Source: Octopus sinensis
Lineage: Eukaryota
Length of the DNA: 64,000 nt
Assembly (NCBI RefSeq): GCF_006345805.1
Contig: NC_042998.1
Coordinates: 55,924,001 to 55,988,000 of the forward strand
Direction: 5' to 3'
Position 1 is the stretch's first letter. Each line of letters starts with the position of its first letter. The translations under genes and the position numbers were made by a program. Of this stretch, positions 50,951-63,900 are shown piece by piece. The notes beneath the pieces are model-generated. The model was not told where the DNA came from and searched no databases. It was given only the letters and a program-made list of their open reading frames with translations.

Positions 50951-51904
50951 GCCATCACACAGCAGTCAACATCTTTTGTGATAATAATGTACTTTGTTAT
51001 AATATTAGGATTCTTATTTATTCCCTCACTTATTTTTCTTCAGATATTTTTCTGTATACATATCAAATTGTTAGTGTTGAGAAATGGATAATTTTCTACA
51101 TAAAACTGGTTTCTTTTTGTTGTTGTTTCAAAAAAAATCTGTCTCTTAATAACATGAAAGTCAATGGGAAAATTTATTTTGCATTACCAGATTTCACATT
51201 ACATCAAGTTTTTCAGGAATGCATAATTCCTGTAAGGTAAGGGATTCTTGTGTATATTACGTATAATATACATATTACACACAGAAACACACACACACAT
51301 ATGTATGATATACAAGTGTGTCTGATTGTATGTGTGTTTGTGTATATGTATATATATATTTTGCATAGGCATTGCAAGACTAATAATTATTGTGGAATTC
51401 AATATACATGTGTTTCAGAACAAAGTGATAGATGTGTACAGAGCAGTAATAAGAAAAAGAGATGACACTGGAAAAATGATGGTTATGTTATGAACTTCGT
51501 TAGCTTACAGCTGTTCTTCTATAACATGCAGTGGACTTGGACTTGTAGTTGAGTGCCTGAGTAACATCCTATAGTTTCATCAAAGCCTCAAATGTAAAGT
51601 GCAACTTATGTAGGAAAATAGAATTATATTTGTGCAATATACAGGAAAGACTTTACGTGTTGGAGTTGAGTCTATAGTTTTGGCCGTTTCATATTACTTT
51701 GGTTGTTTTTTGCATTAGATTTTCTATCATTCAAGTGAGTTTTTCATTCTTGGGTCTTGGTTCAGTAATCGTGTGTTTTGAAGAATAGTGACAAATGTTT
51801 GTATGTTTATTGGGTTGCATGTTCTAACGAAAGATAGCGTTTTGGGTATATCTAAAATGTTTTTGTTTTCTTGTAGTTCTTCAATGTCTATTGCATTATA
51901 TATG

Positions 51905-51917
51905 TTTATGAATATAT

Positions 51918-51971
<54 letters not shown>

Positions 51972-52055
51972 ACACACACACATATATATATAATACACCT
52001 GCTTGTTGTTCCTGCACCTGTCTTCATCTATTCTTTTCTGTAAATTTGAACTATA

Positions 52056-52094
<39 letters not shown>

Positions 52095-52504
52095 TATATA
52101 TATATATATACACATATATAATATACATATACATATATAATATACATAGTTACAACTATGATGTTGTTGGTAAAACATGTTCTTTGTCTCTCTCCTTATC
52201 CTCTTGGAGATTTTGGGTAAAATTATACTAATGTGTCCTATTTTAATTAAATTCTATATCTTTGTACAGCTGAAGATTGCTGTACATTTTAATTGATGTA
52301 ATGAAATGATTGCATTGTTCCATTAAATGGAGTCGCATGAAATGATCATACTGCATTATCTCTGGATATCCTTATTGCTTATTTTGATTTTAATCATCTT
52401 ATTTTGAAATTGTATGGATAATACCATACTAAATTCTGGTGCCTCAACTTAAGTACCATATTTATCTGAATCTAAATTTTTTACTGAACTCATCTTATAT
52501 ATAC

Positions 52505-52545
<41 letters not shown>

Positions 52546-52736
52546 TATATATATGTATGTATGTATGTATTATGTATGTATGTATGTATGTATGTATGTA
52601 TGTATGTATATATTTATATGTATATATATATTTATATGTACATATATATTTATATGTATATATATATATGTATATATATATATTTATATGTATATATATA
52701 TGTATATATATATGTATATATGTAGGTATCTGTATG

Positions 52737-52774
<38 letters not shown>

Positions 52775-52803
52775 TGTATGTATATGTGTATGTATATATA
52801 TAT
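51905..52803. repeat. (TA)n, (TG)n and (TATG)n microsatellite blocks (51905-52140, 52490-52803)
   Basis: Direct reading. Confidence 0.9.
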
Positions 52804-53399
52804 GGCTAGGCAAGGTAGGCTGTGCCTACCCTGAATAAAATAGATCGATAGTAACACTTTCCTTTTATGGCAAAATATGCACCAAATTCAATAAGATCAT
52901 GAAGGTCACTCTGATTACTATGCATACAATGCAAAATCTTTTATTCTTTTTGTGGATTAGGTAGACGTAATTCGCCCCTGCCTTTCAATCTCTGTATTTA
53001 AGCTACTCGTAGTATTGCTGTAGTACACGTGCTACATACATTCCTACAATGTCTTTTCTTTACGTACTATAAAGGCAGAAGTGAATCTGCCTCCAATTCA
53101 GCCGCGTGCCTGTGTTTTGCTTACTTTTTTGTTTGTTTGACTACATTAACACATGTACACACACATATACATATATATACTGCCAACTCTGAGTAATCAC
53201 TGATGGCATGTGTCTGATATATGTGTGTGTGTGTGTGTGTGTTTGTGTGTCTGTATGCATATACAGGGTGCACCTAAAGAATGTATATGCATATTGCATG
53301 GTTATTAAGTTAATTGGTTAAGTCATTGTTGATTGGTGAAATACATTTTATTTTCGAAATAGAGTTAAATTTACAGACAGAACTTAGTTCTTTTATGTG

Positions 53400-53712
53400 A
53401 GGGCACGTGGCTTAGTGGTTAGGGCATTCGGCTCATGATCGTAAGTTGTGAGTTCGATTCCCGGTGACGCGTTGTGTCCTTGAGCAAGACACTTTATTTC
53501 ACGTTGCTCCAGTCCACTCAGCTGGCAAAAATGAGTTGTACTTGTATTCAAAGGTCAGCCTTGTCACTCTCTGTGTCACGCTGATTATCCCCGAGAACTA
53601 CGTTAAGGGTACACGTGTCTGTGAATGCTCAGCCATTTGCACGTTAATTTCACGAGCAAGCTGTTCCGTTGATCGTATCAGCTGGGACCCTCGTCGTCGT
53701 AACCGGCGGAGT
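53400..53712 (+). mobile_element. tRNA-headed SINE (family D head, different tail)
   Basis: Box A TGGCTTAGTGG and box B GTTCGATTCC; GTGTCCTTGAGCAAGACACTT...CCAGTCCACTCAGCTGGCAAAAATGAGT is shared with 33172-33410, then the sequence diverges. Confidence 0.8.
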
Positions 53713-53911
53713 CAAAGAGAGTTCTTTTATGAACTCTTCTTTTCAAACTGCTAACCATTTAGGTCTATACACTTCTCAGAACATGAAGCCATGGAACTGC
53801 AAACACCAAGAAACATTTTATTTGGTATTTGTATGCATTCTCATTCATTGGCTGAGCTCAATTTATTGACTGCTACTGTATCTATATCTATCTATATATG
53901 TGTATATATTA

Positions 53912-53962
<51 letters not shown>

Positions 53963-54384
53963 TGGTGCCCCAGCATGGCCGCATCCTCAAGTTTGAAACA
54001 TATAAAAAAATATACATACACATATGCACACACGCGCATATCTCTGTGTGTTTAGGTTATGAGACATTTTGGCACAGCCATTTTGGTGTCACCTATTCAG
54101 TTTTTCTGACTCGACACTGGCTTATTTGACATCAGACATTTCAATATTTCTCTCATCCCTCCCTGTTTATGTACAAGAGCATTTTTCGCTTCGTGTGTAT
54201 GTCAGCTATGTTCAGTAAATATTTTGTAATCTCTCTCTCTCTCTCTTCTTACCAAAAACTTCTGTCTTCATCACAGACTCAGTATCCAGTCAGCCACGTG
54301 AAATCATCAGCGTTCAGAGAGCTGCACTTGATCATCTTATTCCATCCTTTCATACATAAACACATACACAATATATATATAAAT

Positions 54385-54432
<48 letters not shown>

Positions 54433-54989
54433 GGGGGGGATATGAATAAGAGAAAATTAAATTGAACAAAATTCTTTATTTCAAAACTCTACAATTGTTT
54501 CCATACATTGTTATACTTGTAGTGCATCGGTCAGATGATATAATTAACATAAGGTGTAAAACGTGTTTCTTCAGGTGATTATTTTGAATAGTTCATTAGA
54601 GCATACGATCATTTCACTCTTGTACAGGTGGATGATAGTGATTACAGAATATATTAATTATATAATCTCCCCAATGTACAATGGGTATAACAACGTGTGG
54701 AAACAACTGTTTTGATTTGAAATAATGTCATTCTCTCCACTTTTTTCTTATTCATCTCTTTATATAAACACTACAGATACTATGGAATCCAAGGTGTATA
54801 TCCAGTGACCGGAGTATTTCCACTATATGATGACACCTGTATGATATACCCCTGTGTGAGTCTATGTTTAGTAAGTGTGTATGTGTGTGTGGGAATGTGC
54901 TTGTATTATCAGTATCCCCTGTTTATACAGTTTTTTAAAATTTGTTTTTATTTATTTTGTTCATTTGTTTATATCTACTTATTTTTCTT

Positions 54990-56700
54990 TTCTTTTTTTT
55001 GCATTTAATTTATTTTGTTAATATGTATAGTTATTTAATTCCATTTATTTATCTCAGTATTATATTATATTCATATTGTTATCAGTTTATGGGGACCTTA
55101 TTCTGTCATAGTTTCCTATACAGGCTAGGTTTATCTTCTATTATGTGTGTAATTTGTCTAAGCTTTGCATCTGTTCTATGTGTGGACAAGATTTTAACTT
55201 CTATGTTGTTGAGCGAGCCGCCGTGTTCCTGCTTGGCATGTTGGTACAGAACCGATGAGCTCTTCTCTTCCTTAAGTTCCCTCCAATACTCATTTACCCA
55301 CTCTCCTATGCTCCATGTTGTTTCCTGTCATCTTGTTACTGCACCATCCTGCACATCTTATACTATAGACTACATTCTTGGCTTTACTGTTTGTTTGTGG
55401 ACTAAATCTACATACAGTACAGTACAGTTCCTATCAGTACAGGGGGTTCTACTAAAAGGGTAGGTTCTACCGATTAGGGATTTGATAGGGTTGCCTGGCC
55501 TTTCTACAACCTTAATTTTTAACTTAAGTTTGTCTGGGGGCCCTTCTAAAGTAGTACGCCAGTTCACCTCTAGGAGTGGTGTTGACAAACATGACACTCT
55601 AGTATTTGTGGCTATCATACCATGAGTTGGCCTTCCCTATTTTCTTCTTAGTCCTTTCAAAGGTGTTCATGGCTTGCTCCTTTAGAATGGGCAAATCCCA
55701 TTCCTATCGTTATGTATGATAGTTTCAATTTTCTTCATCACTCCTTTGTATACTCTGATCCTTTCTCTATGGCTGTATCCTGAGAACTGCATGTGATGAA
55801 CGAAATGTTGTATGTGTCTCTTTAACTCTGCAGGGTTGCACATGCGAGACACATTTCTCATTACTCTGATGAGGTCTGCCATCCATACATTGAATTTGGT
55901 ATTGTCCGCAATAACTGAGTTCTGGTGGATCAGGTATATAGAGGCCATAGGTTGGCATAGTGTGAATGAAGGATTTGGAGTGGGTAGCAGGGATGTGGTA
56001 TCCCTATGCCCATCTATCGACGTGAATTTTGTGGTGAAGAGCATGGAGATGATCAATGAGAGTGAAGTGGAGTTCTGCAATGTCAACACAGAGGAACTGG
56101 GCCTCCTACTTAGAGTAACATATGACAATGAATATCTAGACAAACATGACCTTAGACATTTCTGCCCCAGTAGACCACCCACAATTACTTCTATAGCTAA
56201 GAAGACCCCTATAGAGAGATGGAGTGGATGGACCAGAGCCATACGGATCCCCGCAAGTGAATATCAAGTAAAGAAAATGATCGCACATGTACTAGGTGCT
56301 AGTATAAGATTTACCCTAAAAGGCCTCATGTTTAAGTTTAACAACAAAATACATGCTCAGGATGAGAGGGCAGCCATCGAGGTTAGTAATCGCCGATGAT
56401 GTGGTCAACTTTTTCATGGTATGGTGGGACAGAAGGCTTAAAGAACGCTTGAGACAGAACTCTATACTCATGAACCTGTACTCTTGCTATGTTGATGATA
56501 TCAATTTAAGCACCCCCACAAGAGAATACTCTTGAAATAGAAATAGAAACTAATACTATGGAAAGCATCCAGCAAATAGCTAACTCCATGCACCAGAGTA
56601 TTAAGCTCACGATAGACTACAAAACACCCTAATACTACTAGTACTAGATAAAGAACTCTGCCTGGTAACTGTGAATAATAAAACCCGAATCTTTCATTTT
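54990..56700. mobile_element. Penelope-like retroelement with internal inversion (RT core on +, thumb/linker/EN region on -)
   Basis: Plus 55970-56700: GVGSRDVVSLCPSID...FKFNNKIHAQ...CYVDDI...HQSIKLTIDY...VLDKELC...RIFH. Minus from 55980: ILHSHYA.PMASIYLIHQNS...ADLIRVMRNVS...MQFSGY...LKIKVVERPG. Confidence 0.82.
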
Positions 56701-57054
56701 TCTCTTCTGTTGTATACTGATGTAAGGCTTCATGCTGTTATATTTGCTTAATTCTTTGTATGTTGTATTTATATAATGTCTTGTTTGTCTGTCTGTCTGA
56801 GCTTACATTTGCTAGCTTTTTCCAAGTAGCTTAATAACAGCACTGGTGCCTCCAATATTGAATGGTCTCAATGGTAATGGCACAAAACAGCTATGATATT
56901 TTGAGTTATTGACTGACAAGGGAAACTCAGCTGCAAATATTCTGTGTATCATGTCCTTGTCCCAATTTCCCATCCACTAAGTTTTCATCTAGTTTCCTGT
57001 TTGGACTGCTTTTGCTAACTTTTTTTCCTTGTGTTCTTTCTGTTCAACCCTTGA

Positions 57055-57492
<438 letters not shown>

Positions 57493-58753
57493 CAGACGTG
57501 GAAGAAGTAAATAGACACCTTTAATTTTCAAAATCCTTTACTTAATACGCAAAGTGAACAATCGAAATGTAATCAATAGGTAGGACTACATACTTTAGTA
57601 TTTAGTTGACATTCTCTATGCAGTTTTTAATTCAGAAACTCTTTTTGGCATTGAACTGATGAGCTTTGTAATTCTCTTGTGGAATTTCTGCCCACTTTTC
57701 ATGCAACAATCAAAACAATTTATCTTTAGATTTAGGTTTCTATCAAGTTTTTTGTATAGCTCTATCTGGTATGCTCCAAAGATTTTCAATTGTGTTCATG
57801 TCAGGAGATTGTCTCAGCCAAATAAGCTTTTTGATCCCATTTTCAGTCAGCCTTTGTTGATACCTTTTCACTGTGTGGCATGGACCCCATCTTCCATGAA
57901 TAAAAACTCATTTTTCGTTGTTATCGTGTGAATACATCGGAAGTAGTTAAGTATTTTGATGTATTTTTCAGAGTTTATGGTTCCAACACATTTGATCAGC
58001 TCAGAACAACCATTGCTGGTGACAACTCCCCATGCCATTTCAGAGATACCGCTATGTTTCACAGTTGGTTGGAGTCATTTCAAATCAAATTCTTGATTGG
58101 GAAGCCTCCAGAACCAAACACATCCACTGTCTGAAAATAATGCAAATCTGGATTCATCTGAGAAAATCACTCTATCCCAAAATGAACCGGATTTTTCTGA
58201 CATCGCTTTAGCCCAATTCTTTCTTTTCATGATATTAATTGGATGAATGAGAGATTTTCCTCCAGCTGCTCATCCATAATACCCAAGCTTATGAGGATAT
58301 GTAATACATGTTCTTGGACTAATTTCTAGCTGTTTTGCAATGTCAGAATCCTTTGAACGGAGTTCATTTTCCACAATTCTCTTCAAACAGCAAAGCTTCC
58401 TTTCTGAGGGCGCAGGTCACCCGGGATGAGAATCTGTTGATTCTTTCCCTTGGCATTTGAATTGCACTATAATTCTATTAACAGTAGCAAGATGAATTTG
58501 AAGATTTTCAGCAATTTTTCACTGCCTAAGACCAGCTTCAGATTGCCCAACAATATTACCTCTTTGAAAATCTGACAGTTCTGCTGAATTTTTTGTATGT
58601 AGCATGGTTACTCTTCATAAATGTTTAATATAATGGCATCTGGAATGAAAAAGAATAATTAGATTGTAAATTCTACACCGTTGAAAACATTAAGACGCTT
58701 AGATCAGAAATTTTGAAAATTAAAGGTGTCTGTTTACTTCCTGCATGTCTCTG
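57493..58753 (-). mobile_element. Full-length decayed Tc1-family element (~1.26 kb)
   Basis: TIRs sharing GAAGTAAA(T/C)AGACACCTTTAATTTTCAAAAT; minus-strand VIFSDESRF, PTVKHSG...MAWG and FMEDG; many stops. Confidence 0.85.
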
Positions 58754-58779
58754 TGTGTGTGTGTGTGTGTGTGTAAAGG

Positions 58780-60415
58780 AAAAGGTGCCAGAACAATATG
58801 AGGTAACTACACCAGTATTGCTCTACTATCAGCTGCTGGCAAGGTTCTGGCAAATATTCTTCTTAGCTGCCTGCATGGGTGTCTCGTAAATGATGTCCTA
58901 TCTGAATCTCAATGTGGCTTCCAATCTGGTAGAGGGACAATGGATATGATTTTCACAGCAAGACAGATGAAGAAGTGATATGAGCAGAATATGGATCTTG
59001 TCCAGGTATTTATTGAGTTAACAAAAGCCTTTGATACGGTGAATAGGGCCTTGCGATGAAAAATACTTGGCAAACTTGGATGTCTGAATTACTTTGTATC
59101 AATAATTAAATCATTTCATGATGGGATGGAGGCTTTGGTTAGTGTTGGTGGTGGCATGGTAGAACCCATACCTGTAGAGAATGGTGTCACGTAGGGTGAC
59201 ATGCATGCCCCAACTCTCTTTTCTTTGTATTTGCTGCTGCTTTTTCTCATGTTTTTGCAAAGATTAGCTCTCTGGGAATATATGTCAGGTATTGATTTTC
59301 TGGCTGCCCCTTTAATATGCGCTGATTTGCTGCCAATTCAGAAGTTTTCCAGTCTCTTCTCTGTGACCTCCATTATACAAATGATTGTGACTTAGTCACT
59401 CATACAGTGGATGACATTCAAATATTTATGAATCGTATTTCTGCTTCTTGCAAGGCATTTGGACTCAACATTAGCCTGGACAAGACTGTTGTAATGTTCC
59501 AGCCGGTGCCAGGAAATCCATATGTGGAACCAGCTATCTTGGGTGAAGGAACAATTCTGAAACTAGTAGACAAGCTTGTCTACCTGGGCAGCACACTCAG
59601 CTGTTCTTGCTCCCTGGATGATGAAATATCTTTCAGGCTGCAGAGAACAACTGATTCCTTCATGTCTCTTCAGTTTTGTGTCTGGTCCCAGCATGGCATC
59701 ACAAAGCAAACAAAAATTGCTGTGTACTGTACATGTATTATGACATTGCTCTTTTACTCATGTGAGATATGGACCCTTTACAAATGTCATAAGGGTCCTT
59801 GAACGCTTTACAAATGTCATGTAAGGGTCCTTGAACGTTTTCATCAGAGATGTCTCACACATTCTGAATGTTGGCTGGACCTTAAAAACTCCAGACACAC
59901 AGGTCCTGAGGGCAGCTGATATCTTGAGTATTGAGGTGATGGTGCACAAGCACCAGTTACATTGGACTGGACACCTTATTAGAATGAAGGATAACAGGAT
60001 CCCTATGCAGATGCTATATGGGGAACTTGTTAATGGAAAGAGACCCCAGCAGAAACCAAGGCTGCAATTTAAGGGCTGTGTCAAGTCGTCATTAAAGGTC
60101 TGTGGTATGCAGGAGACTGACTGGGAGAGCAATGCCTGTCATTGCCAAAGATGGAGGAAGCAGGTTGAGAAGGGAGTCAACTCCTTTGAGAGAGCATGTA
60201 TTCTGCATGAAAAACTTAAGCATGCTGCTCAAAACCACACTGTTGTTTTAGAGAAAGCTTGGTTTGCAATGTTTGCAGTCATGTATGCTTGTCAAAAGCA
60301 GGGCTCATTAACCACCAATGGAGCCATAAAAGCAAAATATAAGTTAGTCCTGGAATGCATAATGTTGCTGAAGGTCAGCAATGGTCTTCCTCAGTCACAA
60401 GTGGACGGCCATCAT
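58780..60415 (+). mobile_element. 5'-truncated RTE (BovB-like) LINE, decayed RT to 3' end
   Basis: ESQCGF..GRGTMDMIFTARQ, ELTKAFDTVNR, FGLNISLDKTVVMFQP, YLGSTLS, QLHWTGHLIRMKDNRIP..MLYGEL; ends GGACGGCCATCAT next to (TA)n. Confidence 0.88.
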
Positions 60416-60426
60416 GTATATGTATT

Positions 60427-60464
<38 letters not shown>

Positions 60465-60664
60465 TGTGTGTATTTTTCCCTTGTTAACAATTAACATGGA
60501 AAAAAATAGATAAATAGTTACCAGGGTAGCAAAAAATCGCACAAGTAAAAAGGTTGTAACTCCTTGTTTTTAAAGGTAGAAACTTCGGGTTTACGTGAAA
60601 TTTTTTGTATAATATATATAAATAAATAAATGGAGTTTAATGCAGGTGTTATTCAAATTCTTTT

Positions 60665-60742
60665 ACTTCCAACACATGTTTCACTGATATTATTCCAAAG
60701 GAATAAAATGATGTAAAACAATGCAATCTTCTTCAGGAAAGT
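60665..60742 (-). ncRNA. Candidate hammerhead-like motif with long stem II region
   Basis: Minus strand ACTTTC-CTGAAGA-AG...(~45 nt)...GAAACATGTGTT-GGAAGT; stem I ACUUUC/GGAAGU; near-palindromic ACAUGUGU stem III. Confidence 0.4.
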
Positions 60743-60927
60743 GAAGAAATGAAACTCGTCAATCAGACATTTTAACAGAAAATGATGGATATGTATAGTG
60801 ATTAACTGAATGCTATTAATATTGTTTTAAAAAAAGTTATAGGATATAACGTCAGAGGTAGTCTATAAAAAGAGGAGGGATAAAGTAAAAAAACCCTAAG
60901 TAAATGAGAAGTATATGACTATATGTA

Positions 60928-61812
60928 CAGGGTCAGGCAAAATGATCTGACACATTTGTAGGTTAAATAAAAGGCAAATGAAGTAAAGAAACAAAAAAGT
61001 GTTTTTATTTTTGAAAAGTTCATATAATGCCATTTTGTTTCATTATGTTTTAAAAATTAAATCAGTCAAATGGGATCCATTATTGTCCACACACTGTCGA
61101 AGGCGTGTGTGGCACAGTGAATAAGCAAAACTTCAGATACTGGGCCGAGAACAACCTCGTGAGTTGCATGAACGCCCTTTGCATTGTCCTCGGGTGACTG
61201 TATGGTGTGCTGTGGCAGAATTCGGTATGTGGGGTCTGTACTTCTTTGAAGAAGACAACGTTACAGTGACTGTGAACTCTGATTGATATTGTGAGATGCT
61301 AGAGACTTTTCTCAGACCAAAATTGAATATACTCCACAATATGGACAATGTTTGGTTTCAACAGGATGGGGCAACAGCCCACACTTCTCGACGTGCAATG
61401 GGGATTTTGAGGAATATGTTCCCTGGTCATTTGATCTCATTGCGTGGTGACATCGGTTGGCCCGCCCGTTCACCTGATTTAAATCCGTGCGGTTTTTTTC
61501 TCTGGGGATACCTCAAGTCAAAGGTATTCATTAATCGCCCTCAATCTATTGAACAACTTAAAGATGCAATTCGTCAAGAAATTACTGCCATTCCACATGA
61601 AATGACCCGCTGAGTTATTGACAACTTTCGTGAACGCCTTTGACAGTGTGTGGACAATAATGGATCCCATTTGACTGATTTAATTTTTAAAACATAATGA
61701 AACAAAATGGCATTATATGTACTTTTCAAAAATAAAAACACTTTTTTGTTTCTTTACTTCATTTGCATTTTATTTAACCTACAAATGTGTCAGATCATTT
61801 TGCCTGACCCTG
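60928..61812 (+). mobile_element. DD41D (rosa-type) Tc1/mariner derivative with duplicated right end (179-bp inverted arms), TA TSD
   Basis: QQD-GATAH...WPARSPDLNPC-G has 41 residues between the D and the last site (D mutated to G). 60928-61106 is the reverse complement of 61634-61812 with about 3 mismatches. Confidence 0.9.
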
Positions 61813-62574
61813 TATATTAAATAAAACCTTATAGACTTGGAAAAACATATATATCTAGTGAATGTGAAATGTAAAAAGAAAATTAATGTTTAAATTATAT
61901 ATAATGATAGAAATCACTTATATGAACTAAAGGTGTGTTTTTGCCAATGTTTACATCAATATATACACTCGATAACTGTGTTTACAAGGGGATTTTTAGA
62001 AAAAAATAATAAAAAATAGTTCAGAATTACAGAGATGTCAGAATTCCTTGCCTTTGTCATAAGGTATCAAGATTGAGAAAATCAACCAATCTAAATTAAA
62101 CCGTTTATTGTGGTCTTTTAGTTCCCAAATTAATTTACTAAGCCTTGTACTGTTACGTTTATTCCTATCCCTAAATGTCAAGTAATGATTAGAAATTCTT
62201 CTTGATAACTCTGAAGACGTGCTTCCAATATAAAAATATACTTGATTGTGAGTAGTAATTTTATACTGGTATATAGAATTTTTAAATTTAGAGTTACTTG
62301 ACATAAACTTGATTCTGTTGTAATTGACTTCAGACACAACAACCTTGTTATTAATATTTCTAGGGGGATAGATGGTATTAGTTAAATTAATGTTAGTATT
62401 AGTAAATGTATTAATATTTAACAGGTTGTTATTATGTGAAGAGATAATTTGTACGAGATTTTTAGTGTTGGAAAAACCAATCCTAACTGTATATGAGTTG
62501 ATACCTAGAATTCTTTGGAAAATTCCTAATAATAGCTTCATGAAACTGCAATAGAAGATTAGATTTAGATTTCA

Positions 62575-62608
<34 letters not shown>

Positions 62609-62754
62609 CATCAAATTTCATGCCCTCTAGTTGAGCTCAAGAGAAACTCACTTGATGCAGGCTACATTCCTGATCATTTTCTTTCCCAGTCTGTCATTCC
62701 AGTCTTCAAAAAAAGGTAAAAAATCTCTCACAGTGAGCTACCGTCATTACTGTA

Positions 62755-62963
62755 TTTATTTTGAGATGCTCTGTGTTTCTTTCAATTACTTTAAATAGAA
62801 CAAAGAATTTAGTAAAATAGCTAACTTATCATTCAGCTAGTGTTAGGAACATAAATTGTGACTAAAGTTTGGTGGAAGATTTTAATTCAAAACTTATGAA
62901 AACAAGAAATTTGTACTCAGAGCCAGAGCCAGTTTCAACTAGGATGGTAACGAAAGGGTTAAA
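62755..62963. mobile_element. piggyBac-like MITE ending GGTAACGAAAGGG-TTAA
   Basis: Inverse homolog of 17970-18195. Confidence 0.6.
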
Positions 62964-62969
62964 GTATTT

Positions 62970-63900
62970 GTGAGGGTGGTGAGATGGTGAATAACTCACT
63001 TCATTGAAGACAACAATCTGCTGAACCCCAACCAGCATGGTTTCTGTGATGGCAAGGACTGCCTGTTAGAGCTTCTGTACCATTTTGATGACACTTTAAA
63101 AGTGTTGGGTGAAGGCTCCAACACTGACATCATATACCTTGATTTCAGCAAAGCATTTGACAGAGTGGACCACAAAATTCTGCTGAAGAATCTGTCCAAC
63201 ATTGGAGTCTGTGGAAAGCTGCTGCAGTGGGTAAAGTGTTTCCTGATGAACAGAACCCAACATGTAGTGTTTGAGGGAATATGATCCAGCTCAGCCAAAG
63301 TCAGTAGTGGTGTCCCACAAAGTACTGTGTTGGGTCCACTCCTCTTCATTGTCTACATCTATGATATAGTAGATGTCGTCAAACATTCTCCACTGAAAAT
63401 CTTTGCAGATGATTCCAAACTCCAGAAAGTTGTAAACAGTATGGGAGACCAGACAAGCCTTCAGTTGGAGCAGTTTGCTGGTGTCCAATGGTCGGGAAAA
63501 AAAAAACAATATGCTTCTAAATGAAGATAAATTTGATTTGATCCACTTTGGAAAAGAGGGTACTCTAAAATTACCACATGCTCTTCCCTCGGGTGATTTC
63601 CTAGTATCATCCAACAACACCTGAGACCTTGGTGGAATTGTTGATAACAGTCTAAGCTGGAGTTCCTATGCAATCAGCATGGTTGACTTGGCCTGCAAGA
63701 TATGCTCCTGGATTCTGAGAACTTTCCAATCTAGAGATGCCCACACCATCATCCTTCTCTACTCTACTTTTGCCTGACCCCACCTTGAATACTGTTACCC
63801 ACTGTCTCCTCAGATACCATGAGAGGCATTGACTATTGGGGTCAACTAAAAAAGCTCAATCTCTACTCTCTCCAACACCGCCAAGAGCACTACATCATTT
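62970..63900 (+). mobile_element. CR1-type LINE RT fragment, decayed
   Basis: LLNPNQHGF, IYLDFSKAFDRVDH, SGVPQSTVLGPLLFIVYI, IFADDSKL; stops and frameshifts. Confidence 0.85.

Larger units (their letters stand above)
60465..62575 (-). mobile_element. Penelope-like 3' portion (GIY-YIG endonuclease + UTR), interrupted by the DD41D element and bounded by (TA)n
   Basis: ORF 62038-62541(-): NSIYQYKIT...YFYIGSTSSELSRRISNHYLTF...TRLSKLIWELKD. The 3' boundary near 60465 is inferred. Confidence 0.72.

Noticed and set aside
53400-53470. tRNA gene
   Set aside because: A and B boxes are present but there is no proper acceptor stem or terminator, and it runs into a SINE body shared with 33172-33410.
54470-54730. 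Inverted pair with GAAACAA(T/C)TGT, possibly further hammerhead remnants; similar hint at ~32150-32190
   Set aside because: The CUGANGA core is not recoverable in either, so they are too decayed to call.
54777-54855. Exon-like segment with strong acceptor and GTGAGT donor (YYGIQGVYPVTGVFPLYDDTCMIYPC)
   Set aside because: The open frame needs a phase 2 start; direct joining to the phase 1 end at 37617 hits a stop after 10 codons. It is not Gly-X-Y and lies beside a PLE end.
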